This document shows positions 11,908 to 22,904 of a DNA stretch of 38,950 nucleotides, piece after piece. Each line of letters begins with the position of its first letter. Positions within the stretch are counted from its first letter, which is position 1. Under the pieces are notes generated by a model. It had not been told where the DNA came from and did not search any database. It saw only the letters and a program-made list of their open reading frames with translations. A program made the position numbers and the translations under genes. Source of the DNA: Paraglomus brasilianum (taxonomy: Eukaryota); the NCBI GenBank assembly GCA_910592345.1, contig CAJVPI010000249.1, positions 1 through 38,950 of the forward strand. The letters are read 5' to 3'.

Positions 11908-12828
11908 TTATGCCTTTTCTGCAATTGGGTAGCCTCTCTTTTCTGCAATTGGGTAGCCTCTCTTTTCCGCAATGGGGTAACCTCTCTTTTCCGCAATGGG
12001 GTAACCTCTCTTTTCCGCAATGGGGTAACCTCTCTTTTCCGCAATGGGATAACCTCGTTCTGCGATTGGATAACCTCTCTTTTCGTTATCTCTCTCTGCA
12101 ATGGGGTAACCTCGTTCTGCGATTGGATAACCTCTCTTTTCGCTATCTCTCTCTGCAATGGGGTAACCTCGTTCTGCGATTGGATAACCTCTCTTTTCGT
12201 TATCTCTCTCTGCAATGGGGTAGCCTCGCTCCGCAATTGGATAGCCTCGCTCCGCAATTGGATAACCTCGCTCCGCAATTGGATAACCTCGTTCTGCGAT
12301 TGGATAACCTCTCTTTTCGTTATCTCTTTCCGCAATGGGATAGCCTCGCTCTGCGATGGGGTAACCTCGTTCTGCGATTGGATAACCACGTTCAGCAATT
12401 GGATAACCTCGCTCTGCGATGGGGTAACCGCGTTCAGCAATTGGATAACCTCGCTCTGCAATTGGATAACCTCGTTCAGCAATTGGGTAACCACGTTCAG
12501 CAATTGGATAACCTCGCTCTGCAATTGGGTAACCACGTTCAGCAATTGGATAACCACGTTCAGCGATTGGGTAACCACGTTCAGCAATTGGATAACCTCG
12601 CTCTGCGATGGGGTAACCTCGTTCAGCAATTGGATAACCACGTTCAGCAATTGGGTAGCCTCGTTCAGCAATTGGGTAGCCTCGTTCAGCAATTGGATAA
12701 CCACGCTCAGCGATCGGGTAACCACGTTCAGCAATTGGGTAACCTCTTTCTTCTTCTGCCGCAACAGAGTTCACTCTCAAAAGCGCGATTGTAAGGAGGG
12801 GGAGGAGCAAAACTTTAGTGAGCTTCAT
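11908..12828 (-). CDS. Secreted Kex2-processed repeat protein (KEP); peptide precursor with 36 x GYPIAE cores
   Basis: Signal peptide MKLTKVLLLPLLTIALLRVNSVAA, followed by tandem GYPIAE(R/KR) with DNEKR/DSEKR spacers. Variation among cores is synonymous only. Tandem TAA TAA stops. Confidence 0.9.
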   Translation of the reverse strand: MKLTKVLLLPLLTIALLRVNSVAAEEERGYPIAERGYPIAERGYPIAERGYPIAERGYPIAERGYPIAERGYPIAERGYPIAERGYPIAERGYPIAERGYPIAERGYPIAERGYPIAERGYPIAERGYPIAERGYPIAERGYPIAERGYPIAERGYPIAERGYPIAERDNEKRGYPIAERGYPIAERGYPIAERGYPIAERGYPIAERDNEKRGYPIAERGYPIAERDSEKRGYPIAERGYPIAERDNEKRGYPIAERGYPIAEKRGYPIAEKRGYPIAEKRGYPIAEKRGYPIAEKRGYPIAEKA

Positions 12829-12924
12829 GTCTACAAATTAGGCGTTAAACAAATCAATGGGTTTGCAGTAAGGATATTTCTCTTGGTATGCAGTCTTGAG
12901 TCATTTGGCATACAACAGCAACTT

Positions 12925-12932
12925 CTTATATA
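12925..12932 (-). promoter_or_regulatory. Putative TATA box of the KEP gene
   Basis: TATATAAG on the minus strand, about 97 nt upstream of the ATG at 12828. Confidence 0.45.
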
Positions 12933-13986
12933 TCCATCTGTCATGACCAAGTTTTTGGTATCCGTGGCGACTCCATTTTCGTAATCTCCATTTGGCACAT
13001 GGAATTAAGGAAGCCTTGCATGTGTTCACCTAAACTCATTCGTTAATCCAACATATGAAATATTTGTAACTGTTTTTATACATGTGAAACTCTATTTTTA
13101 TTTTTATACTATCTCGACTATGGTAAACCCCGTGTTTTTTATGGTAAATTACTCGGGAATACGCTGTAGACAGAATCCTAAACAAATCTGTACTAGGCAT
13201 GTAAAACTATATTGCTAATCAATGTCGTTTATGGAAACTTATATGCTCCACTATCACATGTTTTTCATTATCTATCAACCTTAACCATCTCCCTTTGGAA
13301 AGCAGAACCCATACCTGATACATAATCTCAATTTGTTCACACCGCGGCCTCCCATAAATCAAAATGTGATTGATTTGGTCATTAATATTGACCTGAAAAC
13401 AGACGATCTTCACCATATCTTGCTACCATAATACGGATAAAATTCTCTAAATGCACATCTTTCTACTAATAATTTTTTCGGAGCCGTCCATATAAACTAT
13501 TATCCCTAAATGCACGTAATCAATATTTGTATTGGCTATTTCTTCGAAATTTACATTATTGTTCTGACGAAGGTATCGTGCATGATATTCTGGATCTGAT
13601 TAGGGAAATCGCGGAGACGAAATTCTTGAAGGGAATGCGGAATAAATGGATTATGTACTGTTAGCACCAATAGGGAATTAAAAAGTTAGAAAATGTATGC
13701 TTATTTTTGTTATGCAAGGCACAGATAAAACTGTAAACAGTAAAGTAGCACGTGCTACCGAACCGTAACGAAAAGTAACACGGACGATTATAATTTTATT
13801 CCAAAGGCTACCCTCCAACGTTTTACCTAATTAAAATATACCTATTTCTACTTGATATACAGTCGTTTTCCAAGATATCGGATCCCGCATAAAAAACCGA
13901 AAATAGTAGGTAGACTAATACTAATTACTGTTCAAAATGTTTTGGCTAGAGATGATGATCCCTAAATTTCGACCTATTACTACATA

Positions 13987-14530
13987 CAGTCTAGTCTCTC
14001 TAAATGCACTTCGGGACTTAGTACTAAATGCACACTCTCTATATTCTGCAATTTCGTATTCCTGGCTATATGAGAATAATTTCGTAAATGCACACACAGA
14101 CATTGGGCATTAATATAATCTTGAAAAATATATCTGAGAAAAAAAAAAGTTAGCGATAGATCTATAATATAATGCACCAATAAATATATCATAAATACAG
14201 ACTCTTTCTTATACATTATTAATAGCTACGTAAATTTATAGTAATATTCCATAATGCGCGATATCTATATACAAGTGAGTCTCGATATAACGACACTGCT
14301 TATATAACGACATCTCGTTATAACGACAGGAATCTTAGAACGAAAATTTTATATTGCTTAATTGTCGTATATAAGTTAATTCTCGATATAAGGACATTCT
14401 CGATATAAGGACATTCTCGATATAATGACCATTTGGATTGGAACCGAGCATGTCGTTATATCAAGCCCCACTTGTACTCTCTCAATGCACGCCCTCAACT
14501 CTCAATCCCGAATTTAGAGAGACTAGATTG
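13987..14530. mobile_element. Tc1/mariner-pogo-type MITE (outer element) with TA target site duplication
   Basis: Left end TA|CAGTCTAGTCTCTCTAAAT. Right end reverse complement TA|CAATCTAGTCTCTCTAAAT (18/19 match). The internal motif TAAATGCAC is repeated. Confidence 0.8.
14272..14474. mobile_element. pogo/Tigger-like MITE (203 bp) nested inside the outer MITE
   Basis: TIRs CAAGTGAGTCTCGATATAACGACA / CAAGTGGGGCTTGATATAACGACA (21/24), flanked by TA. Multiple subterminal CTCGATATAAnGAC repeats. Confidence 0.85.
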
Positions 14531-16272
14531 TACGTATAGATGTGGCAGTGACACAAGTCGGTATAATACCCGCAGTAAACAATTTGCTAGTGACATCGCG
14601 ATTAGATAAACGGCGCGACATTCTGATAGAATTCAACATGTTCACATAATGTTCCTTTAATGACCAAGTAATATCCCTTTCTAATAAACGAGTAGTTTTT
14701 TATATTTTGAAATACATTATTCATTACGTAAATTATTCGATATAGTTATGAACCACTAATCCCCATATCAATTAGGAATATCCACCTCTTGTCCCGTGGA
14801 TATTCTCGTAACATTATGGTTGTTATTCGCTCAAGTGGAAATACATTTTAGATAAATCCCAACCTATAGAAAGAATATTATTTTGTTTCACGTATTGATT
14901 TTTTGATTTCTTTAAAATAACTAAACTCATCACGTTTATTTTCATTATATTCGTTTTCCGAATTAATCCCATTGGAAGGGAATAGTTGACCGTCTGGGAT
15001 TAGTGTCTACCGATCGACACAAGGCCGTGAGTAGTAATAGTAAAGCCGAGTTTACAGGTCACCAACTGTCATCATATTTAACTAAAAGTAGGAAAAGCCA
15101 CAGTTTTGCTCAAAACTAGCTAAATTCCAAGGGTTGACAATCGACTGCTCTCCCGCGATTGTTGGCTCGACCGCAACAAAAATTTACCTTGCGATTGCCT
15201 TTTTTGTTTCATAATAGTTTGCCGTCAAACTTCATGACTACAAGAGGTGGAATACCGTTATTTATAACAAAGACAAACAATTATGAAAGCCTCACAAAAA
15301 GTTTACTTATACTGTATAAAAGTACTATTACTATATCCCGAATGTTATCCACCATGAAGTCACATCGAGAATGTGCAGCTTCCCTTCTACTAAACGGCAT
15401 TTATTTTGCGCTTGATGAAAATATAAGCCGAAATAAGAAATGCTATGAACATGATAGCTTTGACAAAGAGAAATTAAAATAAAACAAGAAAAAGATAGCA
15501 TTTACGAAGTAACAAACTTTATCAATCTGTGATTGATGTAACTAAACATATCTATATCTATATCTTTTGCCCCTTTTGCTTCGGTATAATTATTGATACA
15601 CTTTTTCGCTTGCATTCACGAAAATTTATTATGGATGTTAATATTAAATGCGCACATATCAATAATGGTGATCTGTACTATCTTAGGATAAAGGCTCAAT
15701 ATATTATGTACCCGTGTACCTCAGACCACTATATATGTCCATCCTTGTAGATCTAGTCTCAGGGCTGATGTCTGAGATCTGAGGTGTAACTTTTGTACCT
15801 GTAATTATGACTATCGCCAAAAATTATCGGGTTTCCGAGGTTATTCCAACAGCTATTCTCCCTAAATGCATGCAATTACCTGGCCTGGTCCCGATGGTGT
15901 GCTCTTGGAGAATTTTGTCTGTAAGGTATTTTTGCCATAGCGATGGAACGTGCACATTTAATGACAGACTGCTGAAATTTAGATGTTTATTGACTTTGGC
16001 GAATAGACCACACATTTACTTGTAGGTTTTTATTAAAACAAGTGAGCTTCTTGACTTTTATTCAAATCTCCTAACACGCAATTATCTACAGTCATAACTT
16101 TTTTTTTAACACGACATATTAATATCCAGCGCTAACACGTTCAACTATCCTTCTCTTCTTTATATTTTTGCTAAAATCGTATAATAAATGATAGCGGTTG
16201 ACAAGGAGAAGAAATACAATATGAAAAAACAATTAATGTTGAGAGAGATGCAAATAAAACAATAAAAATACA

Positions 16273-16354
16273 TAGGTAAACTCGATAAGCTGGACAAATT
16301 TTCTCGATGAGTCGGACAGCCAACAAGTCGTGTTCGACTTACCGAGTTTAACTA
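16273..16354. mobile_element. Degenerate ~80 bp mini-MITE / inverted repeat
   Basis: TAGGTAAACTCGATAAGCTGGACA matches the reverse complement of the right end, TAGTTAAACTCGGTAAGTCGAACA (19/24). Confidence 0.5.
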
Positions 16355-18992
16355 GTATTAGTAGAAGCGTTGTATTTTCCACGTATTCATTTTGTAACAT
16401 TTCTTTATTTATTTAGCTCTTATTTCATGTTTCCTTTTTACAAATAAATTTTACGTTTTTATTTCAATTCGGTAATGCTCATATAGTCTGTCAAAGATGT
16501 TAGAAACATGATTATCAATCAAGTCTGTGAACTAAGATTCCATCGATTATCCAATAGAAGGATTTCAAAAAAGAATGAAAACAATGTGTTTTTAAAGGCG
16601 TTGATGAGCACGTTCTGGGCTGGTATTACCAACGAGGAATTTGAAAAAGAAATGTCCGAGCTAGAAGAAGGCTTACAGCATATGCGCGAAGAATTTGCAA
16701 CGTAAGGACGTTGATGGATGCAAGATATAAAAAGAAGAGGTAAAAAACGAGTCAGAGAACGTAATCATCGTCACACACAATGATTAATGTACACGATACT
16801 CAGATGCAACAAGTATTTCGATATTTTGCACTATGATTAATAAAGTCAATATATACATTAAGCTATTGTAACTCATTATGCAAATTTGATGCAGTATCTG
16901 ACATACCCAATTATCAAGAATAACAATTACTCTTGTGTTCGTAACTATTAATATGCAAAACTATCCATTCAATTTTCCATATTTGATGTATCTCGGCTTA
17001 GCAGCTGTCTTTCAAGTTGAACGATATTTATAGAGTTGGTTACAGGTTAGATAGTTCACATTATTATTAACAAAATCATCCTCCGTCTCTACAATTATCG
17101 TGTCCGAAAGTTTTATCCTGTTTAATGCATTGGATATTCGGTCGAATCTTTCTTAAAATTCATAAAATCACTAACGAAATCTTATTAATGTAATATCCAT
17201 GGTTGTCCCATTGATGCATAGCTTGAAAAACGACAACCAATAAAGAGCTACTTTCTATAAATATGATAGCATAAAAATCTGCAAGAACCTGCATGATGCA
17301 TAAACAATCGCTTTCGGAAATAGTAAAATGAATGATATAACAAGTGTCAATTAAAACAAGCATCTTGTTCACATGAATAATAATTTTTGGCCTGCTCATT
17401 AACGAACGATAAGCACATAAACGCCTTAATAATTGCAAATTGTCTTGCGAAGAACAATTTTGAGGAAGGTTCATTTCCATTTGTGGAGGGTTCAGTGACA
17501 AGTGTTTCTATTTCCCACAATAAATTACAAACCCACTTACAATAACATCAGACAAAATAACCACATTCTGCAGTAATCTAAGACTAATCGGACCCCAAAG
17601 CATGAAAAAATATATATTAATTGGAGGAAGACATTCAAACCTCGCAATACTTGTCAATTTAAAGAGTTAGATTGCAAGTTTAATCAACCGCTATTTTTGT
17701 AAACGCCAAGCATTGAGAGGCTTTTATTTTACTAACTGGGAATGGGGTAGGACTATTTTGCGCAAGGAAAACGTGTGCGAGTCAAGTACACGAAGTTGCC
17801 GGCTATTCTTTAACAAGTTATGCATATCATGGAATCTATCGTGATATACAATGGTATTTATAATTGGTCCACTTATTAACGTTATTAACAGAGAAATAAC
17901 CTGTTGTTTTCTTGATAATGAATGCATTTGCTTATTCTTTTCTCCGAATATGGACTTTACAATCGTTTAGTGCAAATTTAATCAGCTGCTTAATATAGAT
18001 CTCATCTGTGATTTGCTGCAATCATATTATCCAGGAAATGACGTTCTTTTGTAATGAACTTGCATCATGCTTCGAAGGGACCGTCGCTATCTGTTATCAG
18101 GCAATTTAGCGCAAGACACGCATATTAGATGTATATCCATGTGATCCGTACATAAAAATATGTATGGTAAATTTGTTCCACGGCCCAAGTCATTCTGGGG
18201 TTCGCGAATGTCGAGACTATCTGCTGTTCCGGTAAGTTAATTGACAATGATGACAAGTATATTCCCAATGTTGCTACATATACTTCCTCTGTGTGAGAAT
18301 GTGTAATGTTGTGAAACGTTTGATAGTCTGTTAGCGGTAGGGTTTCGCGCTTTTGGATAGTCAAATATGTCAAAAATCATTTACGAGAATGATGTCATCA
18401 GCCTTTTTAATTAGTATTCGTGCTACATACTAATACATCAATACAAGGACACTTAAGAACAATAGCAAACGTTACCTAACCTATAATGAAAAGAGATGCA
18501 CACACAAAATAAGCCCATTAAAATTGCTAAAAATGTCAAATCTTGTTTATTGCCATTGTGACAAACATTGTGCATACTCGTCACTGTCGTGAATTATTGT
18601 AGATCCTGCTGTGAGTGGCGAGTATAAACGACTGTTGGTGGATATTAATATGCTGTTGTGAATACAGGTCTGGTTTCTTTCACATATATTATTTGGGTTT
18701 ATGAGGCCCGTTTCGAAAAAGGGTTGCTGCATTTCTCGATTTTCTATTCGTTCTTTATGGCAATATTCTAGCCATTTAAGGTATGGATTATCGTATTTTT
18801 GACGAAATCCGTGTTGGAACTTGCGCAATTTTTTCATTGTCATATTTAGTAGTATGCAGCCAACGCCATTTTGCACAAACATATAAAGACCCCCATACCG
18901 ATTTGAAAAATGAACACTCAAACCATTAGATACTCTTCTAAACTTCCCATTTACAATAACAGTAATAGCATTTGTTGATCATTTCATACCTA

Positions 18993-20221
18993 ATGTCTGA
19001 ATTATTGACAGTTGGCAACCCAGTGTTCGTCAAGGACAGAGCAGAATTTGCGCACGTAGAGCGCTACCAACTTCAAACTCAGCAATGCGTACAACTTCAG
19101 CAGCCCCGAACTCAGCACTCAGAATCGCAGGAATATTGGGTGTTTGGCTACGGTTCACTCATCTGGAAGCCGCCTATTGCTTGGGAGAAGAGGTTGGTAG
19201 TAGATCTATATATTCTAGTTGCTTGTCTATTCATGATGTGTGTGGCTAACGTTGGTGATGTATCTTCTACAGAGTCCCAGGATATATAAAGGGATACGTG
19301 AGACGGTTCTGGCAGGCAAGCACACTGTTCAACATACGAGTTCAGACACTTTATTCTTATTCCGATCAAACTATTAACACTACAATCTCTATCTTTGACT
19401 ATTTTCCGACCGTTCGTTTCCATCAACAGCATAGCGTTGATCACCGCGGCACGAGAGAGAACCCTGGTCGTGTAGTCACATTAGTATCACATTCTGAATG
19501 GAAGCTTCTTAACGATTACCACGAACATAGTGAGGACGATGTTACCTGGGGTGTCGCCTACAAGATCCCTTCGCATTGTGCAAAAGAGGTGAAGGATTAT
19601 TTGGATCGTCGAGAAAGCGGTTACACAATAAAACTGCTCGACGTTTATCAAAAGGGTAAAACACAGCCAGTAATAAAACAAGTAAGTACAAAACGTCAAT
19701 AACCAAAAAACGATCTCCGTAATATCAATCTATCTGTACATCGATCAACGGAATAACCAAATATTATCATGCAGGCCGTCTGTTACATCGCAACAACCCG
19801 AAATAGTGATTATTGTGGTCCCGCACCGATCGAAAAAATAACACATCAGATTTTCCACTCTCGAGGTATGCCATCATTGATCAAGATGATCTTTCGGCGT
19901 TCTGATTTCGTCTATATGCATATATACTCATAATAATTTTATATAGGGGCGAGTGGACCAAACATAGAATATGCTCTCAACCTTGCAAAATCTTTGAAAA
20001 CCATCGCTCCCGACGCATTCGATCACCATCTATATGATTTGGAGAGACAATTATTGGAGCTCGGAGCTTCACATTCGAAGAGTAGTAGTAACCAGTTGTT
20101 GACTTACTTTAAAAATAGTGTATATAGAATAATATACGTTGGATTGTGCAATACAGCAACCGCATGTGAGAAACTTTTCAAAGACTTTAAAAAATCAATT
20201 AATAATTGTCGTATAGATTAG
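18993..20221 (+). CDS. CHAC: ChaC-family glutathione-specific gamma-glutamylcyclotransferase, 5 exons (3' end approximate)
   Basis: WVFGYGSLIWKPP, GYIKGYVRRFWQ/HSVDHRGTRENPGRVVTL, WGVAY, YLDRRESGY, SRG/ASGPNIEY and DHHLYDLE. Confidence 0.92.
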
Positions 20222-20502
20222 ATATGATCATCAAATAGTGCGAAACTGAATAAACAACTTTAAGAGAACTGACTTTGACTTCTCCATTAGTATATAACTC
20301 TAAATAGTCTAAATTTGGAAGCTGATATATTTCAGCGATTACATTGGAAGAGCATATGCGCAATAATATTATGTCGCACTGCTTAACACACGGCACGATA
20401 ACAGTTTTGCTTTCAAGCTTGCTTTATTTATTGCTTTGCACCCATCACACTTTTTTCTTTTTTTTTCACCACTCACTTTTCCCCCAACTCCCATATAATG
20501 TA

Positions 20503-20614
20503 AATTCCCTAAAGGGAATTCCAAAAATTTCTAATCCCACTGCAATGAGGCGCTCACACGGAAACCTTTAGTAAAAGGCGAAAGGTTTATTCGTTCTGCA
20601 AGCACCTCGTGGGT
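20503..20614 (-). ncRNA. U5: U5 spliceosomal snRNA
   Basis: Minus strand reads ...AAACCUUUC-GCCUUUUAC-UAAAGGUUUCCG (invariant loop 1). It has a long stem CCCAC/GAGGUGCUU...GAGCGCCUC/GUGGG, the Sm site AAUUUUUGG and a 3' hairpin AAUUCCCU-UU-AGGGAAUU. Confidence 0.95.
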
Positions 20615-20649
20615 AAGGTGAAGAATCCGAGACTGGTGGGGAAGACCTG

Positions 20650-20657
20650 TATTTATA
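20650..20657 (-). promoter_or_regulatory. TATA box for U5 snRNA
   Basis: TATAAATA on the minus strand, about 36 nt upstream of the inferred U5 5' end. Confidence 0.6.
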
Positions 20658-20869
20658 AGATCAAGGGGTTAAGGAGAAGATTGTGGGATGGATCTATATG
20701 ATTGGCTACAGTTCTTGTAGAAACGTCATCCGTGCACGTGTACATTGCGCATTAGTATTACCTCATCTCTAGGGCTTGAAAACGTACTCCCCCCCCCCAG
20801 TCACATCCGTCTCTCGCTCACAGAGGAGACGCAGGATATAGCAAAAAGACATTTTTACTAATAGTAACC

Positions 20870-22003
20870 ATGGCGAGACGATATGACGCACGGACAACTA
20901 TATTTTCGCCGGAAGGTAAAAAATTTGCGAGTTTTTGCATCAGCAAACACGTTAAACCGATAACGCTGCAACCGTATCAACCCGATAGGTCGATTGTATC
21001 AGGTCGAGTATGCAATGGAAGCAATATCCCATGCAGGAACCGCTCTCGGTATCCTCGCCACAGATGGCATTGTCATTGCAGCCGAAAAGAAAGTGACTTC
21101 GAAATTGCTCGAGCAGTCTGTCACTTCTGAGAAAATCTATCTGTTAAACAGGTTGATAATATGTAGCATTTCTTTAGATCGTATATGATGTTTGGGCAAG
21201 TTGGCTTTTGTTTTTCGTACTTGTTATTAACTTTTTTGCAATTAATCACAGTAATGTCATATGTGGTGTAGCAGGGATTACAAGCGACGCAAATATACTG
21301 ATCAACGTTGCAAGAAAATATGCTCAACAGTATTTATACAGTTTTGATGATGATATTCCAGTTGAGCAACTCGTTCAGCGGTTATGTGATTTGAAGCAAG
21401 GATACACTCAATATGGAGGTACTAAAAAAAAAAAGGTTCTCGTAAAAAAGATCGCATACTCGTCATTCATTTCTCATACACATTATTTCAAAAAGGTCTC
21501 CGTCCATTCGGTGTTTCATTCATTTATGCGGGATACGATAATTATTTCGGCTTTCAACTCTACCGTTCCGATCCGTCTGGTAATTATGGCGGATGGAAAG
21601 CAGCGTGTATTGGAGCCAACAACGCAGGCGCACAATCTTTGCTCAAGCAAGATTATAAGGATGATATCACTCTGAAGGAAGCAAAAGAATTGGCGGCTAA
21701 AGTGTTAAGCAAAACCATGGATTCAACAACGCTAAATAGCGAGAAACGTATGTATTATGTTGGGAGGCGTGAGGTGTGAGGCGTGAGGCGTGACGCGCGT
21801 GATGATGGGACAGGAGCAAATTCGTTTTGACAGAGTGATATGCTTAATCCGGATTTTATTGTTCTATACTAGTCGAGTTTGCTACGATTCAATTGAACGA
21901 TGAGGGAAAAGTCGTTTATAATCTCTACAAACCGGACGAAATCGATGCGTTATTGAAAGAGCTTAATTTGGGTGGAAATAGCACTGAAGAAGAAGCGAGC
22001 TGA
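20870..22003 (+). CDS. PRE9: 20S proteasome subunit alpha-3 (PSMA4/Pre9), 5 exons
   Basis: [94 protein letters not shown]. Stop at 22001-22003. Confidence 0.96.
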
Positions 22004-22904
22004 AGGAGAAGTGTATTGTTATATAGTATAAATTTCAATCTAAAAAAATGTTTCTTATTGGAAGATTTGTGATATATTTAACAATGATGACTTCACGATT
22101 AGTGAATCAAATAGAGCAAATCGTCATTACAAATAATGAAAATGTCGTATGTTGATTATCTTAGCAATGTTTTGACCATCTCCGTCGAATTTTTATTGGA
22201 TGGGCCTGAATCACGTGTGGAATTGAAAAAATTTTTATTTTTTTTTTGATGTTGTCCACCTACTACTACTTGCGTAAACTGCTTCTATTCTATCAAGGTG
22301 AGTTTCACTCTAGTAGATCGTGTCCGTATTTCTTATCGTTTTATGATGAATAGCACTGGGTTAGCTTTGGGATCGGTGAGGACTCCTTTCACAAGGAGAG
22401 AACCCACCTCACCCCCCTTTGCAATGACATATAAACATGCATGGCTTGCTGAAATAACTTTGTCAATTACGTGTCTTGAACTTGTAAATATATTTCATAT
22501 TAACACTGTTTTCTTGATTTCTACGAATACAGTTTCTTCGTCTCTGAATTGGTTATGAAGTCCCGAGGGTGATCAGCGAATGTGCAATTATATAGAATTA
22601 CTTTTGTTTACAGCACAACTCTCTCGAACTCGTTACTTGTCTGAATATGATTATGATGCCTTTTTGCCCAAACCCAGCAGTACACCGTAATATCAGTAGA
22701 AATGTTGGCTGTTTGCACAACTTCTTTTTTATTCACCGGCATCAGCATATTATTAAGATTTCATAATTCTAATTGTTCTTAATTTAGGGAAAAATGGTGA
22801 TTATTAATTGAGCGTATCAAGCACGAAGAATAAATTACTTTTTCTAATGTTTTAAAAGCGGGCACATATCGAGAGAAATAAATAGGGTGTTGATAATCCA
22901 ATGA

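Noticed and set aside
11908..12745. Repeat array as a CRISPR array or non-coding satellite
   Set aside because: No unique spacers, eukaryotic context, codon-multiple periods (21/24/57 nt) and synonymous-only variation.
11874..12794. Two additional long ORFs over the repeat array (296 aa minus, 294 aa plus)
   Set aside because: Shadow frames of the stop-free repeat. They have no signal peptide, and their amino acids vary where the GYPIAE frame is invariant.
16508..16705. 65 aa acidic coiled-coil-like ORF
   Set aside because: No recognisable family or splice partners; may be a gene relic but cannot be supported.
18547..18921. 124 aa ORF with faint Sel1-like look (QNGVG)
   Set aside because: Non-ATG start, motif too weak, and it lies in the ChaC promoter region.
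18993..20221. ChaC as a tailoring enzyme for the Glu-ending KEP peptide
   Set aside because: It looks like an ordinary housekeeping ChaC 6 kb away. ChaC acts on gamma-glutamyl bonds of glutathione, and nothing beyond adjacency links it to the KEP.
20344..20571. 75 aa ORF
   Set aside because: Low-complexity and antisense to U5 snRNA; spurious.
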